64,000 bases of DNA from Hydrolagus affinis (lineage: Eukaryota): the NCBI GenBank assembly GCA_012026655.1, contig JAAILG010001555.1:1-64000 (forward strand), given 5' to 3'. Position 1 is the first letter of the stretch. Every line of letters starts with the position of its first letter. This document shows, piece after piece, positions 11,304 to 22,765 of this stretch. The notes beneath the pieces are model-generated. The model saw only the letters and a list, made by a program, of their open reading frames with translations, searched no databases and was not told where the DNA came from. The position numbers were made by a program, and so were the translations under genes.

Positions 11304-13033
11304 TAAACAAACGGGTAGTAATATCTTTGGCACTGTGGCAGGAAGTGACAGAAGCAACCCTTCCTCAACACTAAAGCGCAGCATGTAGGTAATGATGTCA
11401 GTAGTGATGCCTAAGAGTCAGCCATTTTGTACTACAGGAAGCCGGTTAGTGAATTGCTCGAAGCCGGGGGTAAATAGTAAATTCTAAGCAAATCCATACT
11501 CATGTTCTTGCCATGTAGGTAATGTCAATTTGTGTGGTAACAGCCACTTTGAGATTAATAATTGTAGTCTGAGCAATCTTACTGAGATGTTTAGTACTCC
11601 ATTACCATTAAATAGCTGTCACTAACATAAAACAACTTGCATTTATATACTGTAGCACCTTTCATGTGGGCGCATATATGAGCGCTTAAAATGTATGAAC
11701 ACAGATGGTAGTGAAGTCTTCCTTTTTTTTGTTATTTTAACAAAGGTTGAAAGCAGCAAAAGGAAGAGTTTTTGTTTAAAAAAAAAGCCTCATGTCGTGC
11801 ATAAAATTGTTCATTTGTGGGAGATTCCGTGACAATATAGCAGAGCTGCATCAGCTGTGTCTCGTTGCCTTGATTAGTCAGGAAGAGATCTGATTCAGCA
11901 TTTTTGTATTCTCGTAATTAATTTGCAAGAGTATTTCATGATTTGTAAGACTGGTCGGCTGATTTCTCTCTGAAGCCTCCGAATCGCTACAAAGTCGATC
12001 TGCAAGCGCTCTGATGACTGCCATGTGGTGACTTGACTTGGAATGTCCATATCGTATGTAGATTGATTTCATTTTTCCTTTTGATATTAATACTCAGTAT
12101 ATTATTTTCTGCTCTCTGAGACCCGGGTATATCAGGAATGAGAGGAGCACCTTTATGCTGTCCTGAATTGCACGGAGATGAGAAAAAGCATGAGGCTGTA
12201 ATCATTCCTTTGTCCATAAACTATGTATGTACTTGATCCAGAGATTAGGTGACAGTTTTCAGAATTACTTTGGACACCAGATTATCTTCAAGATCTTTTG
12301 CAAAAGCATTGGCATTTATTGGAGATGGTAGGAGTTTGATCAGGTTCCCTTTGTGTTGTTGTGGGAGGGAATCCAGCTGGAGTTTTTTGTTCTTAGTACA
12401 GAACAATGTATGTCACTTATGCCCTAGCCTGTACCCTAACTTGTGATGTCCTCCTGACCGTGAAAGGCACTGTATAAAGGTAATTTTGTTGATGTTGTAG
12501 CTGATTTACACTGAAGTTCATGTATACCTCTGGTTCCATGTTGATATTATTTGCCAGGCAAACGGTGAAATTGATAACGGACTAGCTTGTCTTTCTAATT
12601 GCTATATTTAAGGTGATCATCGGCTATATTGGGCTCTTATAAGACAGTCTTTCAGGTTCATAAAATGAGACCCTGTGTCTACAGCGATGTCAGTGGAGGG
12701 AAAAAAATGACCAATCAACTTCCTGTGTGCGCTTCTCCATCCCACTGCTGAGTCACGAGGCTACTGCTGAAGTCACTTCTGTCTTCTTGCATGGATTGGA
12801 CAACTTTCTTCACATTTTAGAGACACTTGTGAAAATGTGCACAGAGGTGCACGCACAGGAAGTTGGTTGGTCTGCACTAGCAGAAGTGCACGACATTTCC
12901 TGCATCCGTGGGTTTGTAGGACACCTGCATTACAAGCAGACTTGCTCCCTGTGTGCGGAGAATCCAATGTGGACTTTTAGTGTAAAGGGTCTGGATAATT
13001 GATCAGTGATTAATTTGATTACTCGTGCTGTGG

Positions 13034-13376
13034 AATAATAATAATAATAATCCTTGCATTTAATATAGCGCTTTCCACATCTTATCAACGTCCCAAAGCG
13101 CTTCACAGAATATACTGTAAAGTGAATTGACTGTATATATTTGTGGGCGAATCGCGGCAGCCGATTGCGCACAGCAGTGTCCCACACACAGTCGTGGATT
13201 GAAATGACCAATTTTATTATTGTGGTTTTTTTGGAGGGATTGTTATCAGGCGTGTGGAGTAAGGAAACTTGCCCAAGGTTTCGCCCTCACCTGCCTGGAT
13301 TCGAACACAGGTCTCCCCAGCTTGGTTTCCCCAGCTTGCAAGACAAGTGCTCTAACCACTGAGCCACAGGAGCTCC
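13034..13376 (-). mobile_element. full-length young tRNA-derived SINE (subfamily with a duplication in the head)
   Basis: Sense strand reads GGAGCTCCTGTGGCTCAGTGG (A box) ... GTTCGAATCC (B box), then a Deu-type body, L2-type tail and (ATT)n. Nearly identical to 20872-21223 and 48848-49187. Confidence 0.95.
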
Positions 13377-16300
13377 ACAGAATGCCCTTAAAATAGTAGA
13401 AGCCTCAATGATAAGCTTGTTTATAGGAGCTTTGTCTGCCTTGTGGAGACATGCATGTTATTGTCTCATCGTGTATTGTATTCATTATATTGAATTTACC
13501 AGAGGTCTAATAGCTTGATGCCAACTCTAGTAAGATCAGCATAATACTGTACTGTTAATTCACTTGGACTATCACAAGGATGAGATGTAACATTTCTATT
13601 CTATCAATTATTTTATTGAACTGAATGTATAACATTCATCTTAACACTCAATGTGTTGTCTTGAATATTACAATGACTCAGTTTCTCATGCCATGTTGTA
13701 AATTCATTGGAATCTAAATTAACTGGCCACCGACAGAATTCTCATTGCATTAGCTTTGATGAACTTAACATACCACAATAAAGTGCATTTGAATTACATG
13801 GTTACCTACCGTCAGCTAACAAGCTCACATCCATAGCCTTCTGACTAATTCTACAACCCAGGTTACATTAAATTAAATCCACGCAGTCCCTCTAATCTGA
13901 TGACAGGTCAACTGATTTAACAGGGCACTGCAGGTACAATTCTTCCACTCCATAGCTATGATACCCACCCACTGATTTGGTGAAGAAGCTACACCTTCAG
14001 ATGATTAAATGCCAAGTCCTGAATATGTTAATAATTTAGTCTTCTCATTGAAGCGTGCTGTTAAATAATTATTGACCGTTCTTGGCAATCTTTATTGCAG
14101 TTCCACCTGTCAATCCAGCAGTCTTCCTGTGCTTCTCCTTCTGTTCATAGATCTCCCATTGCTTTATGCAAAAATCTGTCTCAGTGATACGGTCAAAATT
14201 ACTGCTACCTTCATAAAATTTTGCCGTGAATTATATCATATTTGAACTTAATCTCTTACAGTTAAAATGTTACCAAGCTGATCGATTGTAGTCTGCTGCT
14301 CTTCAAGAGTTTTCGGAAGATCCAATTCAAACAACATAAATATGTCTTAATAATGTAGAATTTATGTTTAAATACTCACTTGTTCACTCTCAACATGCTA
14401 GAATGTTAACTGATAATCTACTTTTAACAATTTAAATGCATAATGTTAACTGCGACCGAGATCAGGGAGAAGCAGTCCTTATCTGTATCCTCTGCTCATC
14501 ACTCTACTAGCATAACTCAGCATATCTCGCAATGTGGCACCAAAATCAATTGAAGGCATTTGAAAGAATTAACAGTTTGACTACCTCATTGCCACTTTGC
14601 GTGTTGGAGATCTCTGTCTTGCAGAAAATAAATGGAACTCTGTCTCCTCTGGATACTCTTAAACAGGATGGCTTTCCGTATGTGACACCGGGCTGACCAA
14701 AACAAGTACTGTTGGGTATTAACAATGTAGTTTGCTGTGGTTAAAGTATAACTAGCTGGTTGTGAGATACCCAATTGAAATTCTCTGTGTTGAAGTACTG
14801 GGTAAAAGTCACTGTTGAATTAAATCATATAGAACAGAGGGTCGAATGCTCCTTCTAGTCTATGCTAACTTAAATGATCTCAGTTGGGTTACGGCTGGGG
14901 TTGAGAGATGCTTTTCTAACTTAAGGCACTGTGTAAATACAAGTTATTGCTGTTCCTGGGGTCAGATCATATCTGAGACTTTTCTTGTCTGTTGCTCAGT
15001 TTCTTCCAAGTTAAACTCGCTGAAACATCCGACACTCTTTGCGAGATTTACCAGGTGAAGACTATCCAGATACAACAAATATTTGCATCATAATGCTCAG
15101 CAGTGACACTGCTGGGCAGTATAGGGAGCGCAAAAAAACCACATGGCCATTGCCAAATATTTCATGCGCATTTTTATTTAGACTTTTTTTTTCTAGGCAA
15201 TAGACTACAAAATAGATTGCAAACAAAATAGACAAATACAACAGTGAGAATCGATTCCATTTAAAAGTGTCTATAATCCGCTGATTAGAGAATGCAAATG
15301 CTGGAGCACATATTTTATGTTTCAGTGGTTTAGATGACTCTTCTATTAGTGTCCTAAAAGTCCCCTTAGAATGGTTAGTGCTGGATCCAGTCTACAGACA
15401 GTTGGCATTTTAGTTGAACACAGGGATTTGGAGGAGTCAAACCTGGCGGCACAGTAAAGTTCCTGCAATATTCACAATCTGCCCTAAATGTAACTTATAT
15501 TTAGCAGGTAATTTATCCTATTAAATGATAAAGATATCTAGGGTTGGAAGAAGGTATGACTACACCATCTTTACTTCTGAGATTCCAATATTGAGCTCCT
15601 GAAATTGAACAAGGGATTCAATTTGCCAACACAATGCAGTCACATCACTTTATAGTATATCCTGTGAATGGCTTTCAGATGTCACCCTTGCATGAATGGC
15701 GCAATATCAAATATAGGTATTATTTATAATATTATCCAGGCTCCTTCCCTTGGTTAACAAATTGCTATTTGTTCGTTTCGTACATGCCATAATGGAAAAG
15801 CTTTCCAAGTTGATGAGCTTAGCCTGATTTTTCAATTGCACCTTTAACATCTGAAACACCAGCCGAGGCTTTTAAGAAGGAAACAGCTGCTGTGTCAATG
15901 CAGGCACGCCACCTGCTCCATGGTCGACCCGGAGGGGGGTGGAGGGGGGCAAGAGCTCTGCCGGTTCAGCCCATTGGAACGAGCTCTCTGAGGCAAGTAT
16001 AAAATTGATCTTTATTCAACGGTCACCCCTCTGTGGTGTGCAGCTCGAAAGATTTAAGTGCAGTGCAGCAGAGGGCACTCTTTTCAGATTGAGGGTTGGT
16101 GCTGCATTGTTAAGGAAATCCCTACACTATGTAGCATTTGCTCCAACGTGCCACTGTTACTGACCCAGCAGTCGGCTACTTATAATGTCATGAGACACAA
16201 AGTAGGAAAATGCTCATATGTGCCACGGAGCTCTCGTCGGAGCCAGGGCTGCGTTGTAAACATATTTTCAAAAGTAATTTGAAGGCTGCCTCATACCAAC

Positions 16301-17677
16301 CATGAGCAATTCAACCTCTTTGAATTGTTTAAATAACGCTATGACTATCCTGATGCCTGTTGCCACCTTAACTGTGAAATGCTCTCAAAGACAAATTGTG
16401 GAGGAGTATGATTAATTATTGACAGTGTTGTATTTTGTGTCCCACAAGTACAGCCCGTGGCATTATATCATCTACTCTCAGATAAAATATGACTTTGGCA
16501 TATGATGATAAGATAGCTCTGCTATGGACTGACCCAATAATCATCTCCTGGAGGGAAGGTCCCACTTGATTTATAAAGGATGAACCTACGGTTTGGAAGT
16601 GTTGAAACAGTTTGGAGACATTTAACCAATATCATTGAACCAGGAGCAGTGCAGCAGAACAGTTTGTCATAGCCCTCCTCCTCTTAATAGCAGAAACATT
16701 GAAAGTTGATTCCTAAGGCACATGACACATAAATCATTGACATACAAATGTTGAGCTATATATCAATTTCTGTGAGCTAGATCACTGTGTTCCCCACAGG
16801 TGGGCTGTAAAGGGGAATCATCAGGGCGCTACAATACGATTAACTAAACGGTTTCTGATTTAACTTAAGATATTACTTTCATATGGTATTTTAGAATCTT
16901 GTGTTGTCTCATTGATTCTGCTATTTTACAATCTTCCAGGTCAGCTGAGATGACTGAAGATATTCTAAGGTAATTATGGTTTTAACCTTGGAAGTGCAAG
17001 GAAAGCTCCAAGGATTTCAATCGGATTTTTTTTTGGGAGAGCTGCTTTCAAGAATTTTCAGGTTAGGGAACAAGTGAAACCAAGACATTGGGTACAAAAT
17101 TCTGTCATATTTAATTCACTGAAACAAACAGAAAATGAATCCTATTGCAGCCTCGCCTGCTTCAGAAAATTACCCGCTGAATTTCCTTTTCGACATTCTT
17201 TAAAATGAAACATTATGGAACATTCTATGCTGACATATTAGATGGATGTTGTAATGGGTGCTGCTAAATTTTTTTTAAAAAATAATTCTATTATCAAGTC
17301 ATGAAACGAATCTTGTTCGATTCCTGTTTTGAAGCATAAACATTGCTGCTGTTCTGTAAGTGTTAAAAGTGATCGCAGAGCAGATACTGTTAAATGAAGG
17401 GTAAATCATTGAAATATTAGCCTTTGAGGTAGTTGAGGCCTCTCATTCCCTTGAAAACTTGCTCAAAACCCGCTCGGATCTACTTGTTCTAACTTTTATT
17501 GGTTCTGTTTGCCTGGGTCACCAATGGGGATTGATTGAGTTTGGGATAAAGGTGGATTCTGCCAGGCATTCCCGGAGGAATCCAAACTCCAGCTTTCTTT
17601 CCCAACTAAAAACATTCGGGAACCAAAGGGAACAAAACCATAGAACATACAGTTAAAAACAATGCAGCTGACTAGTA

Positions 17678-17745
17678 CAACAAACAACAACAAAATTACA
17701 TTTATAGAGCGCCTTTCATGTCGAGAGCATGTCCCAAGGCGTTAG
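17678..17745 (-). mobile_element. solo L2 3' tail
   Basis: (AAC)n AAAATTACATTTATAGAGCGCCTTTCATGTCGAGAGCATGTCCCAAGGCG matches the end of the L2 at 52478. Confidence 0.75.
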
Positions 17746-17784
17746 CAACATTATTTGGCTTGCAAAACTATTTGGGCATGCTTC

Positions 17785-17920
17785 ATGCTTGCACAGTGGT
17801 TAGTGTGCTCACCTTGCTAGCGAGAGGACCTGGTTTCGATTCCCAGGCAGGGTGAAACTTCAGGCAAGTTTCCTTACTCCACATGCCACTGTTTACCGAG
17901 TAGTAAGTAGGAACCCAATT
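17785..17920 (+). mobile_element. tRNA-headed SINE with a CORE-like domain (same head as the young SINE, different body)
   Basis: GCACAGTGGTTAG...GGTTTCGATTCCCAGGCAGGGTGAAAC, then GGCAAGTTTCCTTACTCCACATGCCACTGTTTACCGAGTAGTAAGTAGG, which resembles the CORE consensus. Confidence 0.7.
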
Positions 17921-19420
17921 GTTAGTTAAGTGTCACAAGTGGTCATGTCACATAGAAATCTTGTGCTAATTCTGCTGTATAAAAACATGTAGGCATTGGG
18001 ATGTTTTACCAAAGATTAAAAATGCTTCTTTCTTTATAAACACTCACGTGAAATAGTTTTGAGCTTGCAAATTTTTTTTTAAACGCACATGACCAGAGCC
18101 TGTGCCTCAGAAATCTTGCTGAGTTCGGCCGAGTATTTCTGATTGTGGTGATTTCCAGTTCCAGCTGCCAAAACTCTCAGGTCGGATGCAACTGAGCTAA
18201 ATGGATGCAAAAGAAAGTCAATGAATTTATCCCAAGTCGTGTTTACAATAATAATGGTGGCAAGGACTGAATGGCATTGCTGTTTTCATTTGCGAAGTAG
18301 AGTGGTTTCTAGCTTTCTTAGAACAATGCTGACATCCTCGTGGCTATTTATTAATAGAATTGAACTGGGCTCAACTTCAATTGATGCTTCGCTGATAAAC
18401 TACAAGCAGAGACTTGAAGAAAGTACAGTACAGCATGTACTATCTGACACATTATTTTGGGGCATTTAGTCTCTCTGAATACTTGATCTGTGGTACAGTG
18501 TGTGCATTTTTTTTAAAAGGGGTCTTCATTGGCATACTGAAACCCTTACAGCTCCACTCACCCTAATTGCAATGAGAAACTGAGCCAGGGGCATACAAAG
18601 TGTATTTGTTGTGCAGTCCTCGGTTAGTCAGTATAGAGAATTTCACATGGTTATAAATGAGCCGCTAGGATCGTTTTCTCTTTAAACAATACTAGCCTTT
18701 GCCAGTGTTGCGATTGAGGATGTGTTGTAGAGTAGAGCTTTTAAACATTATAGCTATGAGCATTTGGCAGTAAACTGTTGAAAGCTAAACTTTAAGCTTG
18801 TGCCACAAAAACTGGTCCCTGGCAACAAAGCATTTCCAAGTATCATCGGTCTGTTTTTCCTTGGCCAATGGAGCTTTTAAGCTGCAGTAGATTGGGTGGG
18901 GGGCTGGTTGTGAGTGGCAGCATGATATTATCAGTTGACTACTGCTCTGGTTAGGAAGCACTTCAGGCAGTGGGTGTCATTTACAAGGAGCGTAAACCAA
19001 CAATATTCCAACCAGCTCATCTGAGCTCCTCAAGTTTTAATCTTTAATCAAACCAGTTACTTTCTTTTCTTTTTTTAAGAAAAACAATGAAAGCTTAACA
19101 TTTGAATTCTGTAAATGCAGAGCTCAATTACATACATTTTCTTCCCTAATACAATGAAGGGGAAAAATTGCCCACAATCACTTTGCATTGATCTCTTCAC
19201 AATTGCATCTTTTGTTTAATGCATGCAAAGAACGTAAATGTTTAAGAAGATTGAGCCAAAGCTAAACTCAGCAGCAAGGGCTCATGTTTCACTCAATCCA
19301 CTCAACTAAAATTTGGATGAGCTCTTACTTTGGGTAGGTTCAATGCTCATCACTGCCAGTTTAACAACACTTATTTAATGGACCGTGTTCTTGAGTGTAC
19401 ACTTCTCCTGTCTCTAATTT

Positions 19421-19464
19421 TTTAGATTACAGCATCCACAGCACTGTGGATGCTGTAATCTAAA
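19421..19464. repeat. perfect 21-bp inverted repeat with a 2-nt spacer
   Basis: TTTAGATTACAGCATCCACAG-CA-CTGTGGATGCTGTAATCTAAA. Confidence 0.95.
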
Positions 19465-19842
19465 TGTGATGAATACATCTATTGAAAACAGCAGGAGGAA
19501 GGTTGTGAATAAAAGATTTTGTTGATGCATTAAGTATTGAAATGTGAAAAATCCTTTTTTTAACAAAATATACTGCTTTAAAAGGATCTCTTTATTTAGT
19601 AGCTGCGAGCAATTTTAAAGCCTCCGTGTTGTTCAGCCAGCAATTATTTCAGGAGTCAGAGGAACAGCTTATCTGCTTTCAGTGGCAACTGCATTTTTTG
19701 TGAGAAACAAGCTGCCTTGGGCTATCTTCCTGGCCTCGCTTTGCATGCCTGCCTGTTTCACGTACGGTATTCCTGCTTGCAAGAAAGTAAACATTTGAAC
19801 AGGATTAATACAAAAAGGTAAACAGGGAAAGAGCAGATGCTT

Positions 19843-19953
19843 GGGATTACAGTAGTTAGTGTCAGTGGATGAGCTAGTTCCAGTGGATGAGCGAACACTC
19901 AGGCTTGATGGGCCAAATGGCCACCTCCTATGCTGTAAGCTATGTCATTCTAT
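19843..19953 (+). mobile_element. CR1 3' tail fragment
   Basis: GGCTTGATGGGCCAAATGGCCACCTCCTATGCTGTAA...ATTCTAT is a CR1-type 3' terminus. Confidence 0.7.
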
Positions 19954-20131
19954 ACACTGTGGTTGCAGATGTACTCATACCAAGATCAATGTCTTCATTA
20001 AAGCTTGCCAGGAAATCTTGGCCATTATGTATTACTATGTCTACAATACAGGTATTTACACAAAATTCTTGTTAATAATCACAGTGCAAATGTTTCCTGC
20101 TGTTTTGTGAGTTTTGACGTGAAAGATCAAA

Positions 20132-20716
20132 TACAACAACAACAACTTCGATTTATATAGCGCCCTCCACGCCGGATCCTCCACGCGGATCCCGGGACCG
20201 AGCCAGGGGTAGAAAGGTGACCAAAAGCGCAGTCAAAGAGAAAGATCTTCAGCTGGGACCTGAAACTGAGAAAAGACGAAGGTAGTGAGGAAGGGAATTC
20301 CAGAGCCTCGGGGCATAGTGACATAGTGATGGGGCATAGTGGCTGAAGGCCCGGTCGCCGAGGGTCAAGCGGAGGATTCGGGGGACATGGAGGAGGCCAG
20401 ACCCGGTGGAGCGAAGGCAACGGGAACTGGTTTGAGGAGAGAGGAGATCAGAGAGGTAGTGGGGTGCAGAGGAGTGGAGGGATTTGAAAACAAGGGTGAG
20501 GATCTTGAAGTCGATCCTCTCAGGGATAGTGAGCCAGTGAAGTCTGGCAAGGACTGGGGTGATGGGGGAGCGAAATTCGGTGCGGGTGAGTATGCGGGCG
20601 GCAGAGTTTTGGATGAGTTGGATTTTATGGATTGTGGTGGAGGGGAGACCAGCGAGGGGGGTATTTGAATAGTCCAGCTGCGAGGTGACGAAGGCGTGGA
20701 CCAGAGTTTCAGTGGC
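20132..20716 (-). mobile_element. 5'-truncated L2 LINE (RT C-terminus, 3' UTR and (GTT)n tail), GC/CpG-rich and relatively young
   Basis: The minus frame reads [23 protein letters not shown]...QNSAAR...LHWL...FKIL and later [10 protein letters not shown]. Tail GGGCGCTATATAAATCGAAGTTGTTGTTG. Confidence 0.92.
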
Positions 20717-20871
20717 TTTTTTTTACACAAATGTGGTTTGTTGTTGTTGATTGCAAATATTTTAAAAGAATCTTTAAAGAGCCTAATAGTTGTGATATCA
20801 AAGTAAATTCTTAAGTGCCAAAGGATATTTTTCCACAAATTGCAAAAATGCAAATTTATGGACACGATTTT

Positions 20872-21223
20872 GGAGCTCCTGTGGCTCAGTGGTTAGAGCA
20901 CTTGTCTTGGAAGCTGGGGAGACCAAGCTGGGGAGACCTGTGTTCGAATCCAGGCAGGTCAGGGCGAAACCTTGGGCAAGTTTCTTCACTCCACATGCCT
21001 AGTAATAATCCCTCAAAAAAAAACACAATAATAAAATTAGTTATTTCAATTCACGACTGTTTGTGGAACACTGCTGTGCGCAATTGGCTTCCGCGATTCG
21101 CCCACAAATATATACAGTCAATTCACTTTACAGAATACTCTGTGAAGCGCTTTGGGACGTCGATAAGATGTGAAAAGCGCTATAACAAATGCAAGGATTA
21201 TTATTATTATTATTATTATTATT
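20872..21223 (+). mobile_element. full-length young tRNA-derived SINE (head-duplication subfamily)
   Basis: A box TGGCTCAGTGG, B box GTTCGAATCC, Deu-type body and long (ATT)n tail. Confidence 0.95.
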
Positions 21224-22587
21224 TTAGTTTCCTTTCAATGCCAGCCAAACTCTTATTGAAATTTCTTTAATGCCAAGCATACAGACTGAATAAAATAGTA
21301 CTGTATATAAACATGCATCATCATAACCCTAACTATACTACACACTCTATTTCCATCTATTTGTAACTTTCCCTGATAGTGTCTTATCACATTGTGGATG
21401 TCTCGAAACATGTCACAGAATTTTGCTGTGAAGTGCAGTTACTGTATATTTATAGGCAAACATATTAATATAAACATATAACAAATATGATATAACTCTG
21501 ATTACATAAAGTACAGGGGAAGTCTCCTGAATAATTGCAATGAATGCTCACCACACGTTCAATTCAGATCTCTGAATACCTACATTGTGATGGTGCTGAT
21601 GTATCCAATTACGTGCATTTGTCAATTTACATTAAAAGTTGTTTTGTGTTTTATATATTCAATCAAATATTACCAAACTCCCCTAAAATATGAATTTGTG
21701 TGTGTGTGAATTCAATGCATGTATAAGAGGAGTATATGCATGAATAAAAACTTGTATAAATGAATTGCTACTCAATTTATTTAGGAAAAATAGGATTGGG
21801 GGGATGGTTGGGATCTAAAAGGGCATATGAATGTCACTTTTATACCTATATTTAAAGTAAGCCACATTTTGTATTTTTTAAGATGAACATACTCTTTCCA
21901 AAAAGAAGCTCGTGCATCATACTTTGATATAAATAGATTTGTACAAACCAAAATGTATGGGTGGTTTCTCCTCTTCGGGATGACAAACCTCAGGGGAAGA
22001 GCTCATCCTATCAACCAAAAGAAAAACAAGGATTTAATTATGTTTGAGTAGATGCCTGAGGTAAAAGAAGTACATGGTTAGATGGGAGCATTTAACCAAT
22101 AAACTCTAAACACGTGAAAAAATAGCCAGTTTACAACCACATGAAATGATAAAATAACTAAACTTAAGGTTAATTGGTTACCCTCCTATGTTTTTACAAC
22201 TGTCGTGATCATAATTCTTAAAAACTAAATTGTCATTTCCTCATTTTAGATTTTATTATGTTACTCAAATAACATAACTTACATAAGCAGCATTAAATGA
22301 CTTAAATGTTACTGTTTAACTCAGACTTAGACACAAGATCACTGCCATAATGATATAAAGACATGATGAGCACTGCAAAATAAAGAACAAGTTTATATTA
22401 CCCAGTCTTTGAATGAAGGCTTAAAATAACAATCCAAAACACAACATAATACAAAAAAGACAAGTTATAAAATGTTTATTTACCGACATCTTTTTGATTT
22501 GAAATTCCCTCTTATTGATGTAGTTTTGCAATGATAAATTATAATCCTTGAAAGTGAAATTTTAGATTTTAATTAAATTATATTCTC

Positions 22588-22765
22588 TAATATAACCCTT
22601 TCATTTGATATAGCTCCTTAACATGTCCATGAGACATATCAAAGCACTTCACAGAATATACTAAAAAGAGAGTTGACTGTACATTTTGTGGGCGAGGCAC
22701 GGCAGCCAATTGTGCACAGCAGTGTCCCACAAAGTAGTGGATTGATTGACCAAAATATTATTATT
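22588..22765 (-). mobile_element. 5'-truncated SINE
   Basis: AAAGCACTTCACAGAATATACT...GGCAGCCAATTGTGCACAGCAGTGTCCCACAAA...GGATTGATTGACCAA. Confidence 0.8.

Noticed and set aside
20365-20865. 166-aa Pro/Ser-rich ORF and the overlapping 20339-20668 ORF
   Set aside because: Off-frame and antisense readings of the L2 RT relic.
20872-20965. tRNA-like sequences with A and B boxes (also at 13290, 17790, 37848, 47580 and 48848)
   Set aside because: They are SINE heads: no proper acceptor stem or T-run terminator, and each continues into a SINE body.
20815-21270. 151-aa ORF, and similar ORFs at 12930-13211, 13141-13362, 47438-47635 and 48971-49171
   Set aside because: These read through SINE copies (the poly-Tyr is the (ATT)n tail). 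The frame is not kept between copies: the 13034 copy has TGA just after the B box. Not genes.
21959-22008. Imperfect hairpin GGGTGGTTTCTCCTCT...AGGGGAAGAGCTCATCC
   Set aside because: The stem is only about 15 bp, relies on several G-U pairs and matches no ncRNA I recognise.
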